Positions 27,179 through 41,246 of a stretch of DNA of 64,000 bases are shown one piece after another. Under the pieces are notes generated by a model that saw only the letters and a program-made list of their open reading frames with translations, made no database searches and had not been told where the DNA came from. Each line of letters opens with the position of its first letter. Position 1 is the stretch's first letter. This DNA comes from Octopus sinensis (lineage: Eukaryota), in contig NC_043000.1 of NCBI RefSeq assembly GCF_006345805.1, forward strand, positions 43,524,001 through 43,588,000. The letters are read 5' to 3'. The translations under genes were made by a program, and so were the position numbers.

Positions 27179-28443
27179 GTAAGTCTGTCTTGAAGTGAAA
27201 AGCAGATGTAAAACAAGTCTAGCTTCGTCTTAGTTTTAATTTTATTAAGTTCATCTGTATGCATTGTTTCATCACCTTGATTCTATTAACGTTACTGCAT
27301 TGGCCGCTTCTGTCCACACAAATGTCAAGCACCGTGTCCGTTTAAGTACAAATGCTTCATTTGCCTCTTTCCTGTGCTTTCACAATATTTTAATATTGTA
27401 AAAGCACAGGACTTGAATCCACATTAAACACGTCCCTAGACTCTTCTTCCGAGAACGCCCAAAGTCTTGAAAAATTATACTGGCTCGATTATATTTCCTA
27501 AACCAGAAACCAAAGGAGATATTTTTGCGGCCAATAATAATACTGGTAAAAAATATATGTCAAAAGTAAAGGGAGGAATGTGAAATAAAAACGTATAGTG
27601 TACACACACACACACTGCAACATTTGACACTCAAATTCACATATTTTCATACACATATGTATATAATCTATTTCCAATTTGTTCTTAGTATTACTATATC
27701 GATATCTTATTTCGCAAAGCATTTCCTTACTCCTTCATTTTAGTCTAATTGTATGTTTGTTGATTTCTTTCAGTTGTTTATGTGATGGTTAAGGTAGCGA
27801 TATTAAAAGGATGGATGAAAGTTTGGTTTAAATGGATGCTGCACCATCCATTCGGAAACTAACTTTCACAATAATAAGAACGCGAAAATTGCTTCGAACT
27901 CTATCGCTCTCTAATGACTAATTTATATGTCACCAGAAAATGCACCGGCACCAAGAATAAAACTGAGTTCTTTTTTATTCTGAGTTTTCTTATTTTATGA
28001 GTTTTCTCTCATTTGACTACTTGACGAATATGGTTGTATTTACAGCAGCATAACAGTTTCAAAAAATATACACTATACAATAACAGAACAGAGAAAATAA
28101 ATTGAGCAAGTAACAAGAAAACAATTACGGCTTTTTAAAAATTATTTTTAAACGTTTATCACTTAACTGCTTCTGTCATTTGAATACGGCCTTAATTTCG
28201 TCGTCTTGGCACTTACTTTATCGGTCACCTTTGCCGAACGCCTAAGTTACGGGTACGTAAAAAAAACACCGGTCGTCAAGCAGTTGTTAAGGGCAAACAC
28301 AGACACAACGACACACAAGAACACACACACACATACGCATATACACGCACACACACAGAAAGAAAAACACAAACACACTCACAAAAACAATATACAGCGT
28401 GCGATAGGTAAATTCTCGCCATCGTATATTTAACTATCTCTGT

Positions 28444-28586
28444 CAGTCTTATAAGAAAATCCGTTGAAAACGTGCTGATTTTTAAAATTGTAAAAGTATA
28501 AGCAACAATTTAAAATTTATTACTGTTTACTATTTTATCGTTTTGAAAGTCCTCACAAATTTTCAACAGTTTTTCGTATAAGACAT
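28444..28586. mobile_element. Small MITE-like element with about 25-bp imperfect TIRs
   Basis: gtcttataagaaaatccgttgaaaa versus ttttcaacagtttttcgtataagac (reverse complement). Confidence 0.45.
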
Positions 28587-28911
28587 ACATAGGTATTTGA
28601 GTTTAATCCTAGGTGTTGAGAGTCACTGATGTGGATTAAAATGATCTTCATTAGAATCTGAAATCACTATCCGACTATGTACGCTGGAAACGTACCTCCG
28701 TTTGTCAGTCATTAAATTCAGTGCATTTACGCCCTTAGAGTTGTTTGAATTCTTATTTTTATCAAAAGCCGTTCTAGTCAGTAATATCTGTTACGTTTCT
28801 AATCTCTATTAATTTTGAATTTACATTCTAATTGCTAATAAGCCTTTTAATTTGTTATATGTGTATATGTGAGTGAGTGTGATATATCATAATATATCAT
28901 GATATATCATA

Positions 28912-29379
28912 TCAGACTCGCTACCAAATGCAGATTGGTGAATGCAATTGTCTTCCCAATAGCAACATACGGATGCGAGACCTGGACACTAAAGAAAGCT
29001 GACCAGAAGAGAATTAATGCATTCGACTTTGGTGTTGGAGAAGACTTTTACGGATTCCATGGACAGCGAGGCTCACCAATGGAGAAGTTCTTAAGCAGAT
29101 AAGGCCGAAAATGTTGCTAGAAGATAGGATCACCAAGCTTGGATTGGCATATTTCGGTCATATTATGCGGAAAAAATCCCTGGAGAAGGACATCATGCTC
29201 GGAATGGTCAGTGGCAAGAGAGGAAGAGGCAGACCAAGAACTCGCTGGCTTGACACCATCAAGAGTGATACCGGAATGGACATAGCCAATCTGAAGGAAG
29301 CGGCCCAGGATAGAACTGACTGGAGGACACTGATCCAACGAGTGACCGAGAGTCAACTTCGACTGAGCGGATAGAGAGA
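28912..29379 (+). mobile_element. 5'-truncated RTE (BovB-like) LINE, relatively young
   Basis: RLVNAIVFPIATYGCETWTLKKADQKRINAF / YFGHIMRKKSLEKDIMLGMVSGKRGRGRPRTRWLD; one frameshift seen; gatatatcata duplicated at both ends. Confidence 0.9.
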
Positions 29380-32224
29380 GATATATCATAATAGCGACAG
29401 AAAGAGAAATTAATTCCAAAAGCAATCTTTACATCCAACATATCGTAGATACTGTATTAGCACACAGAATGCTGCGTTATTTGTCATGAGAGATTCTCTC
29501 ATATAGGCACATGGCGCATGAAAGCACTCATATTTATATTATTATATCTAATGCTTTTGCTTCTTTTTGTCTGCTTGACGTTCTAGCTTTTACTGTTTTA
29601 CAAAGTATTTCCTCTGAATGTGTTCGAAATGATATTTTCTATTGTATATGCCCGTGATTAGAAATTTTCTTGCTCTAATTGCTTAATAATCTCAGGTAAC
29701 CAAAATGCATCTCCTCAGTCTCTTCTAAAATAATGTATTTCTATTAGCGTGGGATATTTAATAGCACACCGGTTTTATTGCATGTTTTATATGTATTTCA
29801 GTGTGTGATTATGCGTGAAATTGGGTTTGTGCGTTGAATTTTATGTTCTAATATTCATTATTCTAGGGGGAGAGAGAGAGGGGCGAGCGACGAGAAGAGA
29901 GATGCACGGAAGAGAGAGAGGAAGAGAAAGAGAAAGAAAGAGCGTGTATATGAATGAGCGACAGAATTGGAAAGTGAAAGTTAAAGATCGGTGAATAGAA
30001 AGATATGTGGATCATGTGACATGCATAATTTTTCTTAGAAATAAGGTACTGATGAGTTAAAATTTTACCGGTATCATTATTTGATTACTCTCTTCCAATC
30101 ATTTAATAAAATTATCATAACTTAAGTTCTTTTCTAATTTAATTACATATGCATGATTTGACATGTGTATTTATTCTTTCGAAATATATTGTAAAATATA
30201 GAACTTTAAATTTGCAGACTTCCGAATAATTTCTCTTACCGTATTTTTTAATATTTTCTATGCTGTTTGCTGTGCTGTGTCCCTTTTATACAATTAAAAA
30301 ATTGTATGAAGACAATATAAAATATGCTATAGTTCTCAAAAGCATTGCGTTCATTTGAATTTGTTATTCAATTTAAATATTATTGAATTATATATTGTAC
30401 TTTAAATATATGCATAAAATTATTTTTCATTTTAGGTATCAGCGACCTAAATTTAAGTACTGAAAAATATTCTAAACATACAGATTGGAAAACTCAAATA
30501 TATTTCAATTCAGCTTTTGTACAAATTTGAATAATAAAGATACGCATTTAGAAATAAATATATGTAGCTTGTAAAATTTGGATTTTCGATTGGCAGTATG
30601 AACAGTTCAGTTAACTAAAAGAAAAATCATACGTTTGCACACCATTCTTTTTTTTTGTATTAAACCAATTATTACACTTCAGTAAAGTTATAACTATAAT
30701 TGAAAGCTTTTAACCAACCGATTACACTGCCCATTAGTATTTTTATTTATTTAAGAGTATTGTATTATAGTGGTACAAAACTAGATATTTTAGAAGAGAT
30801 ATACATTTAGGATTGAAACCTATGAAAGTTAACTGAGGGAGTTTTTTTTTGAATCGTTGATAGGATGTATCTGATAGAATTATCTAGAAGTAGGCAATTA
30901 TTAAAGGCTGTATTCATGGTCATATTAAAAAGAATAATTCTAGTGTAGATTTTGATTTGTAATGACTTTTATTTTGTGTGAAATACGCAGAGTTCCATAA
31001 TTTCCTAGAAATATGGGAAAGAACACTAGTCCAGAAGAATTTAGATGAATTACTGCAGTTTGTCGCACTAAAGCATTCCACATTTTACACATCTCTCCTG
31101 ACACAAGCAAAGTTACGCAGGTCGAATCAATAATTTCACGCAGTGAATATATTATAGTTTTCTGTATGTTACATTCATATTTGAGACAAGTGAACAACGT
31201 TTATTTTTCTGATACAAATTTTAACGTGAATGGTGATTTCGGAATGCTTATTTTGGCGGCAACATTTATTTACTATGTGCGTGTGTGTTGGACGCCATTT
31301 TCATTTATGTACTTCATTTCCATCTAGTATTAGTGCAATGTTTTAAAGTAATATTTATGGAAGTTTATTATAAAGCAAGCTACTATATTTCAGTATTACA
31401 GTTGTTGGAAGGATTACTATTCATTTTAAATTACCATCTATTTCAATTATTGTGGTTGTAATTTGCATGCTTAAATTCGTTTTGGTTTTCTTAAACGCAT
31501 AACATACTGTTCTATAATTAAACCTATTGGAGTTGTACGCAACACCACCATTCATATAATATTTATGGTATTATACCGTGTTTGTGGCCAAGTGAATTTC
31601 TCACCAATAATTGAGTTTATGTAACCGAGGGTAGCTACCCTATCGTTTTTAATTTAAAGTGGTAGCAAACTATGATTGTGGTATATAATTTATACATTTA
31701 GTGGATTATCACACATGATACGAATTCAATTTTGGAAGATTAGAGTACAAACCTGGCAGAAAAATAAATATTAGTATCATGCTATAACTTCTTTATACCT
31801 ATATGTAACTTACTTTCTCTCAATAATATTTCCATATAGCCGTCGATTTTTTGTTATGAGGTTGACACCTGAAATGTTATCCTAATGTATTTCAGAAATT
31901 TTTACGAAGACATATTTGAAAATGAAAATATTTAATAATGGAAAACGTCCTTGAATATTTCATACAAAATTCCACGTGCTGATAATAATTATTTCAAATA
32001 CTAATAATTGAGGATATTTCTGTATAAATCATATATATATATTTTTTCATTAATATACTTTAAAAGGGAGTTACAGAAGATTATTGATTTGTTCGAATTG
32101 GTCCCAGTTGTAAAGGTAATTTCCTAACGGTTTTCCGATGAGGAAAGAGTTTCCAAATATTTTATAGTTTTCCGTGATCTTGCCTGCAGTTACAAATATA
32201 ATGTAATATATTTTATCAGTTACC

Positions 32225-32370
32225 TTCTGAATTCAAATTCCGCCGAGGTCAACTTTGCCTTTCATCATTTCGGAATCGGTAAATTAAGTACCAGTTGTGT
32301 ACGGGGGTGGTTCTAATTGACTGGCCTCCACCCTCAAAACTACGGTCCTTGTACCTAAAGTAGAAAATAA
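32225..32370 (+). mobile_element. 5'-truncated SINE (family of 9215-9451)
   Basis: Contains gaattcaaattccgccgaggtcaactttgcctttcatc and aaattaagtaccag. Confidence 0.8.
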
Positions 32371-33719
32371 TATATTTTATCAGTACTGGCAGTAGATGCA
32401 GTGTGAATGTGAGATGTAATATGTATATTGACTTAAGATAAGTTTTGGTCATATCGACAGAAAGAAAGTATGTTTCTCTCATGAATAATCTGCATACCAG
32501 TAAAATACTAATTCGTGAATAAAAAGCTAGGCAGATCGTCCAAGATAAAGGGAATTATGAGTACAGCTTAGTGATGCATCATAATTTTAGTATGAAAAAA
32601 TAGTGTTTATAGACCAGCTGCCACAACGACTCAATTACTGTGCTTGAAAGACTAGGAGACTCTCGAGTGTTTTGAAAAATAATTATATTTCTTACGTATT
32701 AGAGTTTGAGAATAATTGTCAATTATACGTCCCTATAAAATATCTATCAGCATTGTATTTTATGTGATCTCTCACAAATATGGGTGATAGCAGTATTTGA
32801 TTAGTTTTTAAATTGATTCTATGGCGCGGCATTACTTATTTTATTGCGAGTTATAACGGCATATATACACTGTACATTTATGGACAAGTAAATTTCTTTC
32901 AAAAGCAGACAAAAGTGATAATAGGCAAAAGGGTATAACGATAACAAAACAATTAAAAGTCATTGTTCTAACCAATATTTCACATATCATGTGTCAGATA
33001 TATTGACATGTTACAATATACCAGTTAGATTGCATTATAATAAAACCAGTCGATCGTAAACATATGTTTCATAAAATGAGCCATTTTTATTCATGTCAAT
33101 TAAAGTGGATGCATACACACGGGTATACACACACATACAGATATATTTAAATATTTACCATCAAATACAAAGATAACGGAAGGTAATAATAATACAGATC
33201 AATCTCTCCTTCAGTGTATTGTCTAGAATATATTAAGGCAATAAATATTTTTATCACCACTACATCTAATCAAGAGAAACAGAACCGGTTTGTCTTCTAA
33301 ATATAAATTAACATATACCAAGGGAATTATCAAACACATTTGTATAGAATATTTTATATTTACTGTAGGAAATAGTGAATGTAAAGTTTATGCATGCTTG
33401 TATACAACATCATATTGGTGTTTGATTGCAAAATATAGGGAGAATAATAATATACCACTATTAATAAATTATTTGAAAGAAATATAGAACAAAAAACACT
33501 GTTAAATATTTTAGTTATAACGATATCAAAATTGATATCGACAAACACTTTTAAAACATAAAATAATGAGATATAGATGAAACGTTATATTCTTATTGTA
33601 ACAACTTATGAGTCGCATAATAGAATTAATAGAATGCAAGACAAGACAACAATTACTGGACATTGAGTCATTACTGACTGGTTGTATATATTTAATTGAG
33701 TTAAGCTCTTGTCCTACCA

Positions 33720-34090
33720 TACAGACAGATGAAATTGTGGACTGGTGTAATGTCCCGGTGCGTATTCCCTCAAAACGTCCATAACGTAACGCGAACCCAG
33801 TGGCGGTAAATAGTGCTCATGCTATCCGGTGAACTTGCTTTGTCTGGTAGCTGGAGCCAGCAAAAGACAGATGCTCGGTGACTCATACACCTTAATCCAC
33901 AAGCAACCTGGATCATGTCATAAGCCTCTGCAGCGTTTATTCCTAGTTTAACAAACTTTTTATTACATAGCGAGTTTCCATATTGTCTATGCAGTCTCCA
34001 AACTATTCATCTCTGATAAGCATTGTAGAGCAGGATGTGTTCCATTTGCTGTAACAGGCGTCTCTTTCAATCGGGAATAACACAATTTGG
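33720..34090 (-). mobile_element. Internally deleted mariner relic
   Basis: Minus strand gives METRYVIK / KLGINAAEAYDMIQVACGLRCMSHRASVFCW, a mariner HTH N-terminus with frameshifts. Confidence 0.6.
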
Positions 34091-34175
34091 CAGGTTAGTT
34101 TATTAGATATATAATTATGAAACACTAGAATTACAATAATCTGAAGCAATTATAACTGTCTTTCCTACAATAAAG

Positions 34176-34257
34176 TCTCAAAACTTCTGGAGTACATGTC
34201 GTATGTCTGACAAAAGAAGCGACTGTCAAAGAAGTGTCACAAGTAACATTGGATCAG
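34176..34257 (+). CDS. Coding exon (phase 2-0), LKTSGVHVVCLTKEATVKEVSQVTLDQ
   Basis: Acceptor ctgtctttcctacaataaag| and donor CAG|gtaatg; phase continues from 27178. Confidence 0.65.
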
Positions 34258-34880
34258 GTAATGAAAATAGCAAGGTGAATAATAACAATGAGTTTAATGG
34301 CAATTTTGTGATTTGGTCAATATGACTGAAAGAAAAGCATTCAACTACATCTGATGCAAAATAGGTTTTCTCCTGCGAAGAAACACCCCTCTAGTATATA
34401 TTCTACCTTCGGTCATATATACTTAATTTCTCCTCTCATCATCTAATAGAGAGTGAACAAATGAATTGTTTCTGTTGGCAAATTGTAACCTGAAGCTTTA
34501 CTTCTAAGTAATTGCGGTATAGTATGTATAAATGTATTTAAAGTAGACAATATTTAAAAGTGAGAGTGAAATTGCCAAGTGACTATAATGTTAAATACGT
34601 AATATAACACAGTTAAATGTTTATTGCTGTGAGTTAGGGCAATATATTTAATTATTAGTATGAAAGTACACCTAGTTATTGAGAAAAATTATCTGACACA
34701 CTCTGTTTTGTATGCGTGTTTCTAAACTTAGGTTACATTTTGTCATCATGATACCACTGCGTATGAGGAAATTGAGATAACCTATAGCTCTTTGGCATCA
34801 AGTCAAAGGAAAGCAAGAAAATTCAGAATTTTCTATTCTACTGTCTCTCTCTCTCCCTATCTCTCCCCCTCTCTCCTCTC

Positions 34881-34917
<37 letters not shown>

Positions 34918-35126
34918 GCATATTAGAGAAAGCAGACAAATGTATTGCAGAAGAAAAGGAAGGCCGAATAATGTGTCCGCCTGGATGATGTAAATACAAA
35001 ATACCTGAATAAGATCAATCTAGAATCCCTTTTAAATACATTTAAGTTCGCAGAGACACACGAATACCACGAATAAAATGATAACGACTAAACTTTATTG
35101 TTTTAAGTAAAACATTACACTTCTAG

Positions 35127-35186
35127 TGGGTATTTGTGTTTGAAAGGCAGCATGAAAATTATCCCTTGATTACAAGATTCTTTCAG
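35127..35186 (+). CDS. Coding exon (phase 0-0), WVFVFERQHENYPLITRFFQ
   Basis: Acceptor cattacacttctag| and donor CAG|gtaaag; 60 nt, in phase with the previous exon. Confidence 0.65.
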
Positions 35187-36481
35187 GTAAAGAAAACCGT
35201 ATTATAAAGCTTGACGACAAGAGTTAATTACATATAATGATGTTTCTACGAAAATGCTTACCCTCTTGTCACAATTTATTTAACTTTTTACTGTGGTTAA
35301 CATGACTATCCCATTAATTTAGCAGCAATCATGCAGTATTTTATAGACGTGTCACTACAAACTACTTCGGCTCTAATGCGAATGGCTAACACTGATTCTG
35401 TCATTCTGTTAGTGTCTGTTATTTTTGATAGCTATATTGGCACAAGACCTCTAATAATGTTGAGCAATAAATATTAAATCGATGGAAAATACCGCTTGCC
35501 ACTTCACCTTTACAAATCTTAGAAAAATTGCACGCATATTCTACACACCGTAATGATAGAAACCATGGATGAACTTTTCCGACTAAGTGTTTGTCGTATA
35601 AGTTTCTTATAGTTTATTAATTACATAATGTTTATTGAAAGAAAGAACAAGTTATATTCTTCGTGATAGGTGACGCTTAAACACTCACACGCTGGCAGCG
35701 GATTATTCGACGACCTCTATAATAAACATCCTGTCGCTGAATTGATATTAAACTATATCATGAAATAAACGTGGAAACCGTCAAATGTTCCGAAAGCTAT
35801 TGTACACTTAACTTACTCTTTTTAGTATCAGTATGACACAAAGCGAGTCGTTTGTATTTCATGTACACAGCAGGTAGAAAGAGATAAAAACTAAAATAAC
35901 GGGAGAGTTAGAGTAAGATGGTAGAAAGAATAACCGAAAGCACTGCAAGACCTGTAATCTACTTATCGACCCCATAAGGGAAAGTGACAAATTTAATTAC
36001 AACATGAATTGAAATGAAACCGAGAAAACCGGAGAGAATTCTGTAAGGCAATTAATCCAATGCTAGGACGATTTATCCATACAGCAACTGTATCGCATTC
36101 CATAGTTTCTAGGGTTCGTATAACGATGTTATATATATCCCACATAATTTAATTCTACATTTACATATGCCTATAACATTTAAATAGATTTAATCTTCTT
36201 TAATCGTCATCATTGGCGTTATTATCATCTCCCGATAAATATCATTATCCCCAACATAATAGTCCTATTAATACTCTAGTCTGAAATACAAAATATATAT
36301 ATTTTTTTTTTACTGTAATATTGACAATTATATCATGATGCGCATTTTTGGATAATTCTGTATATTTCTTACGGAGTCGCACTTTCATAGTCACGCTAGA
36401 CATACAAAATATCGCTGAACCATGTAATTTAAAGTGCTAAGCATCCTCATTTCGCAGTGAGAAAATGTGAAATGATAAATT

Positions 36482-37129
36482 GCTAAGATTTTTTGACTGC
36501 TATTTCTAAACTTCGGTATGTGGTGAAGCAAATCGTTGCTGGACCCTATTTATAAAGTATTACGTAAGCTTACCATGAAATGGTTTTTTCATGCCGAATT
36601 CTACTTGGTGAAATTACTGATTACTTCTTAATTAATTAATTTTACCCTTTGTTATTATTGATAATGGAAATCTTCTCCCAGATAACAAACTACAGTTTCT
36701 CTCTGTAGCATCTTGTTTGCCGACACGCTAGTGGGCAGGGGAGGATGATTAACTCTCATTCGTATTTTGAATTTGGCGGCACTCTGATACCGTTAGGTGA
36801 AGAAATGTTTTCCAGTGCCTTAATATTTAATATTTAACAATTTATAATTGAGAAATCCCACGCTGAAGAGCCGAAAATGGTCGGGTAAGGTATAATTATT
36901 TATTATTTATGGTTTATATCGATCTAATTCCGAAACGCGCGTACGTGGGTAACCTAATATAGAATGATTTTCGTTGTTTCTCCCTTTTGCCTACGTGGAT
37001 TGTTTTCAAGTACTTTGGTTTTTCTGGGAGCCCCTTTTAAAGTAGAAGGAATAGCTAAGATTTTTTGACTGCTATTCCTAAACTTCGGTATGTGGTGAAG
37101 CAAATCGTTGCTGAACCCTATTTATAAAG

Positions 37130-37132
<3 letters not shown>
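36482..37132 (+). mobile_element. PLE pLTR / retrozyme-like partial tandem unit (572-bp period, 79-bp terminal direct repeat) with hammerhead
   Basis: 36482-36560 is repeated at 37054-37132 with 2 mismatches; hammerhead core lies inside; ends at (TA)n. Confidence 0.65.
36857..36949 (+). ncRNA. Type I hammerhead ribozyme motif with a long stem-II insert
   Basis: CCCACG CUGAAGA G..(about 60 nt)..C GAAAC GCGC GUA CGUGGG: 6-bp stem I, intact core, palindromic ACGCGCGU stem III. Stem II is not cleanly paired. Confidence 0.6.
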
Positions 37133-37201
<69 letters not shown>

Positions 37202-38982
37202 GTGTGTGTGTGTGTGTATGTTCAATATATATATGTATACCCCTCTCCGGAAATATGCATAAATATGATGAATTATATAGATAAAATTCGTCATAGTTAT
37301 CAGTAATTACTAATATTATCGCATTGCATTGTTTGTATTTTCTGAATCTTTTGTATATCGGCATTAGCTTGGACATCTTGTAGCTAGGTAATACAGAGCG
37401 CAGGCGTACGTTTCTATCACTTAAGTCGCTGAACTACACATGTAATATGGTATCGACTCAGATATATTTAATCTCAGCATAGAGGGAAGTATATAATCCC
37501 GCATGCAAATTGTAATTTTTTCTTTGGTTTCTCTCAAGTAATAAATCAGCATTAACATTTTATCATTAGTATATATTTGAAGTGAGGGCTGCAATATGAA
37601 CTATGTGTTAAGTTGTCGGAAACAGTTTCACACCGTCTTGCTGACGCATTATATTTCCAGCAGAAAAATTTGTTTTAATAAGCAAATATTTTGAATTTCG
37701 TATTTCCCATCAACTTTTATATAAATGTATCAGCGTAATTAATACCAAAACTAATATGAATGGAAATACATTAAAAGTTGAAAATAATAACTGATTAGTT
37801 TGTTATTTTAATCTATTTTACATCAGTTGCTTTTAATCTTAATAGACTCCGATAAATATTGAAGCGTAATTGATTGATAGTGTTGACACCAACTTCAAAC
37901 ATCGCAAGAGGAAATGCTAAGTTTCATCGCCCCAGTATTAAAAAATAGACACTTCTATCGTACCAATATTTCATTCTGTATATGCTAGTCTTTTTCTGTA
38001 AGAATATGTACTTTGAATAACGAAAAGAAATCAATATATTATCAAGTTTCATTAAGTAAATTCCTTTCTCTTCTCATCTCCTCATCACCAAACATTTTAA
38101 CTATCTTTCCAGTTAAACTAAATAAAAAAAGACCCAAATTTTAACAATAGAACAAACTCAATATTAATGATATCAAACAATAGTATATTTATTTAGATTA
38201 TTTATTTGGAAAGTTTACATGTTATAAACAAGTATAATTAAGTCTATAAACATTCATTCTGATTATTTAATTTCATATAACTAAGACTATTAATTATCTT
38301 GCAGCATAGATGGGGTAGTAGAAGTATTATCTTTTTTGCAGTTTTAATTAATCAATTAACTTCTTCTTTTGAACTTATATCATTGCTTATAGAAAATATT
38401 GTTTTTCCCAGCATCATTTATGAACGGGTTTGCTTTTAGATGAATTAATCAGCCATATTTGAGAAGATTGTAACGATTTCTTCTTCACTGATTATTTACA
38501 GAGCCTTTCTTTACCTGATAATTGGGTTCAGTAGTGTGATTCATTTAATTAAATATGGCAATGGTTTACGCACTGGGTTAGCAACTTATTTATGCTTATA
38601 CTTTGTTTAATATATTCAACACATTGGAAAAACAATTTTCGATGACAGAGAAACACCTTTCAATCTCCAGCTTGATTGTTTACAATCAAGAGACATTTAC
38701 TGATATATTTATGCATTAGTTTAATATGCCTGGCATACCATAATATGATAAATGAAGCAGTCCACTTTAAAAATATAACAACGATTAAATAACTGCATTT
38801 TATGAAAACAAAATTGAACGCCGTATTAGTAGTATAAATAATATTAAAAGATTACATACGGGGTGTAGTAAAAGCAATAAAACTCTCATACACTGATGTA
38901 AACACACTCATAGGCATACACACTTGCACACGCACATATATGCACTAACACACAAAATCTCTCACACATAGAGACATATATT

Positions 38983-39026
<44 letters not shown>

Positions 39027-39787
39027 TATATTATATATATGTGAATATCTGCTAAGATGAAAGTACATAGGAAGGGAGAATGCAATACATTGCGATTCAT
39101 GCGGAAAATGAACATTTACCTTATATATAAGCACATAAATATTCAAAGATTGCATCAGAAAAAACGTGATCAAAATGTTTAAACGCAAGAGATATTTCTG
39201 TGGTAGATATACTACAATTAACATAATTTTAAAAGAGCGAAAATGAAATATTAATGAAATATGAAAGCAAAGAAAAGCTTCCTTAAATCTATAATACTGC
39301 TAACGAATAATAACTATAGCATCCAGAAATTATGACAAAAATCTATGATAAAATTTAACAAATAGGAACATTTTAAAACAAAATTTATCCTTTCATGACT
39401 CTCCTTTTACTTACCACTCCTTTTGTGTAAGAGAATGTTTGAATAGACTCTGAATCTTCATGTACCCCCATGTCTCTATTAAGAGACAAATTGTTTTTTT
39501 TTTAAATACCAAGGTATTTATATTTGCTTATAGTCTAGTAATGTTGACGTATATCACTTTACTTATATATCAGAACCAAATTTTGATGCTTTACTAAATT
39601 TCTCATATATATTTGTTATTTACAAATGATAATGCTACAACATGCGTAGTAAATATAAGGCTGCTTATCAATCTTTTAATCTATAGAAAAATGTGACATA
39701 TGTGAATGTAGGTTTATATATAATGATGTAATACTTTGATACTGCGTTGAATAGGTTCACAGTTATATGCCTCCGATATTAAATTGT

Positions 39788-39995
39788 AGCAGAATCTTTA
39801 ACACGTCGGGCAAAATTCTTAGCGGCAGTTCGTCTACCCTTTTGTTCTGAGTTTAAATTCCTCCCAAGTCGACTTTGCCATTCATCGTTTCAGGATCGAT
39901 AAATCAAGCATTTGTGAAACACTGGGGGGGGGGGTGGCAATGTTCCCTGCCCTAAAATTTAAAGCCTCGTGCTTTTAGAAGAACGGATATAAAAT
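39788..39995 (+). mobile_element. Old SINE copy (family of 9215-9451)
   Basis: Contains gagtttaaattcc and gtcgactttgccattcatc. Confidence 0.7.
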
Positions 39996-40538
39996 AAAGT
40001 GTTAAAAACATAAGGTATGAAAATTAATTGTTAATTTTTTCTGAAGATACAACTTCTGATGTTTATATAAACAGATTTGCGATGGGTTTAGCTGGATTGC
40101 TTAATCGAGTAATGTAAACAGCTCTAATGAGACAACTATAAGGGTGAAAAATCTATTAAGGTATTTCATCATATTTTCCCTATGTGGATAAATAGATAAA
40201 TTTGATATATTTGTACGTCTCCTCGATAGACATACGTTTACATAAATAACATTTTAATCTATTTTCCCGCTTCAGTAAAAAAATCTTCGCATAAATGTTA
40301 CGACATTATTACTGAAAATTTTAGTGCCCATTTCTTCTAATACTATATCTAAAAAAAATTAGCTGCACAGTCCATTTAGATATATGCCAATGAAAAACAT
40401 TTCTGAACGTCTTTTAAACCATAAATGGGTTCAGCTCAGTCCATAGGCATGTTTGTTTCCTGTGTTAACAGAATGAAAAGACTTAATCTTTAATCTCCAT
40501 TCTGTCAACATCTCATATGTAAAATTATTCCCTGTTAG

Positions 40539-40626
40539 ACGGGGGACGGTGGTATCCGATGGTGGAATCAAGTTACAAGCTTTCTTTTGGACAACCAAGA
40601 CCTCAGAAACCACATCTGTTGGACTC
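40539..40626 (+). CDS. Candidate exon, frame unresolved (TGDGGIRWWNQVTSFLLDNQDLRNHICWT in phase 0, or RGTVVSDGGIKLQAFFWTTKTSETTSVGL in phase 2)
   Basis: GC-elevated 88-nt island between acceptor aattattccctgttag| and donor CTC|gtaaat; all three frames are open. Confidence 0.4.
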
Positions 40627-40790
40627 GTAAATCCCTACTCAACCCCCTTAATCCATCATATCATTTCCATTCTGTGTAAGTCGGATTTCTTTTATATGTA
40701 TACATATGAACATTCTTTGCATTAAATGTATTTAACATTTTTTGTAGATCGACTTGACTAATTTGTTTGTCCTTACACTTCTTCCTCTAG

Positions 40791-40823
40791 CTCCAGAAAT
40801 TCAAATCTCTTGAACACTTCGAA
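40791..40823 (+). CDS. Candidate 33-nt exon (phase 0-0), LQKFKSLEHFE
   Basis: Strong acceptor ccttacacttcttcctctag| and moderate donor GAA|gtatat. Confidence 0.3.
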
Positions 40824-41246
40824 GTATATTCTATACAGAGAATACCTGTCTCCACTATATATATAAAGATATATATATATATAAATATCAGTGTGTGCGT
40901 GTGTGTATGTAAGCACATGTTTATGCATGCATATATGTATGTATATCAGTGCGTATGTCAGTGTATATGAACTAAGAGCGAGGGATATATATTTCTAACT
41001 ACAAGCACAACATCGTTCAATAGATGATAATGTTACTTGGAAGAAATATATGCTGAATAGAATTCTATTCTTTGGCATCTAGAATAATCTCAATTTATCC
41101 GAGATTATGACTGGGGAAAGTGTAGGCGGGTATTGTGCACAATTCTGTTTGTTGAAATTTTTAACTGTAATTCAACATCCAGGTTTATGACATATTGTAT
41201 CAACTTGAAGATTACTTAAGGTCACTCATTTCTGTCAATTATTCAG

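Noticed and set aside
30436-30456. Possible 21-nt symmetric exon YQRPKF after a strong acceptor
   Set aside because: Weak donor (gtactg) and not required for phase continuity.
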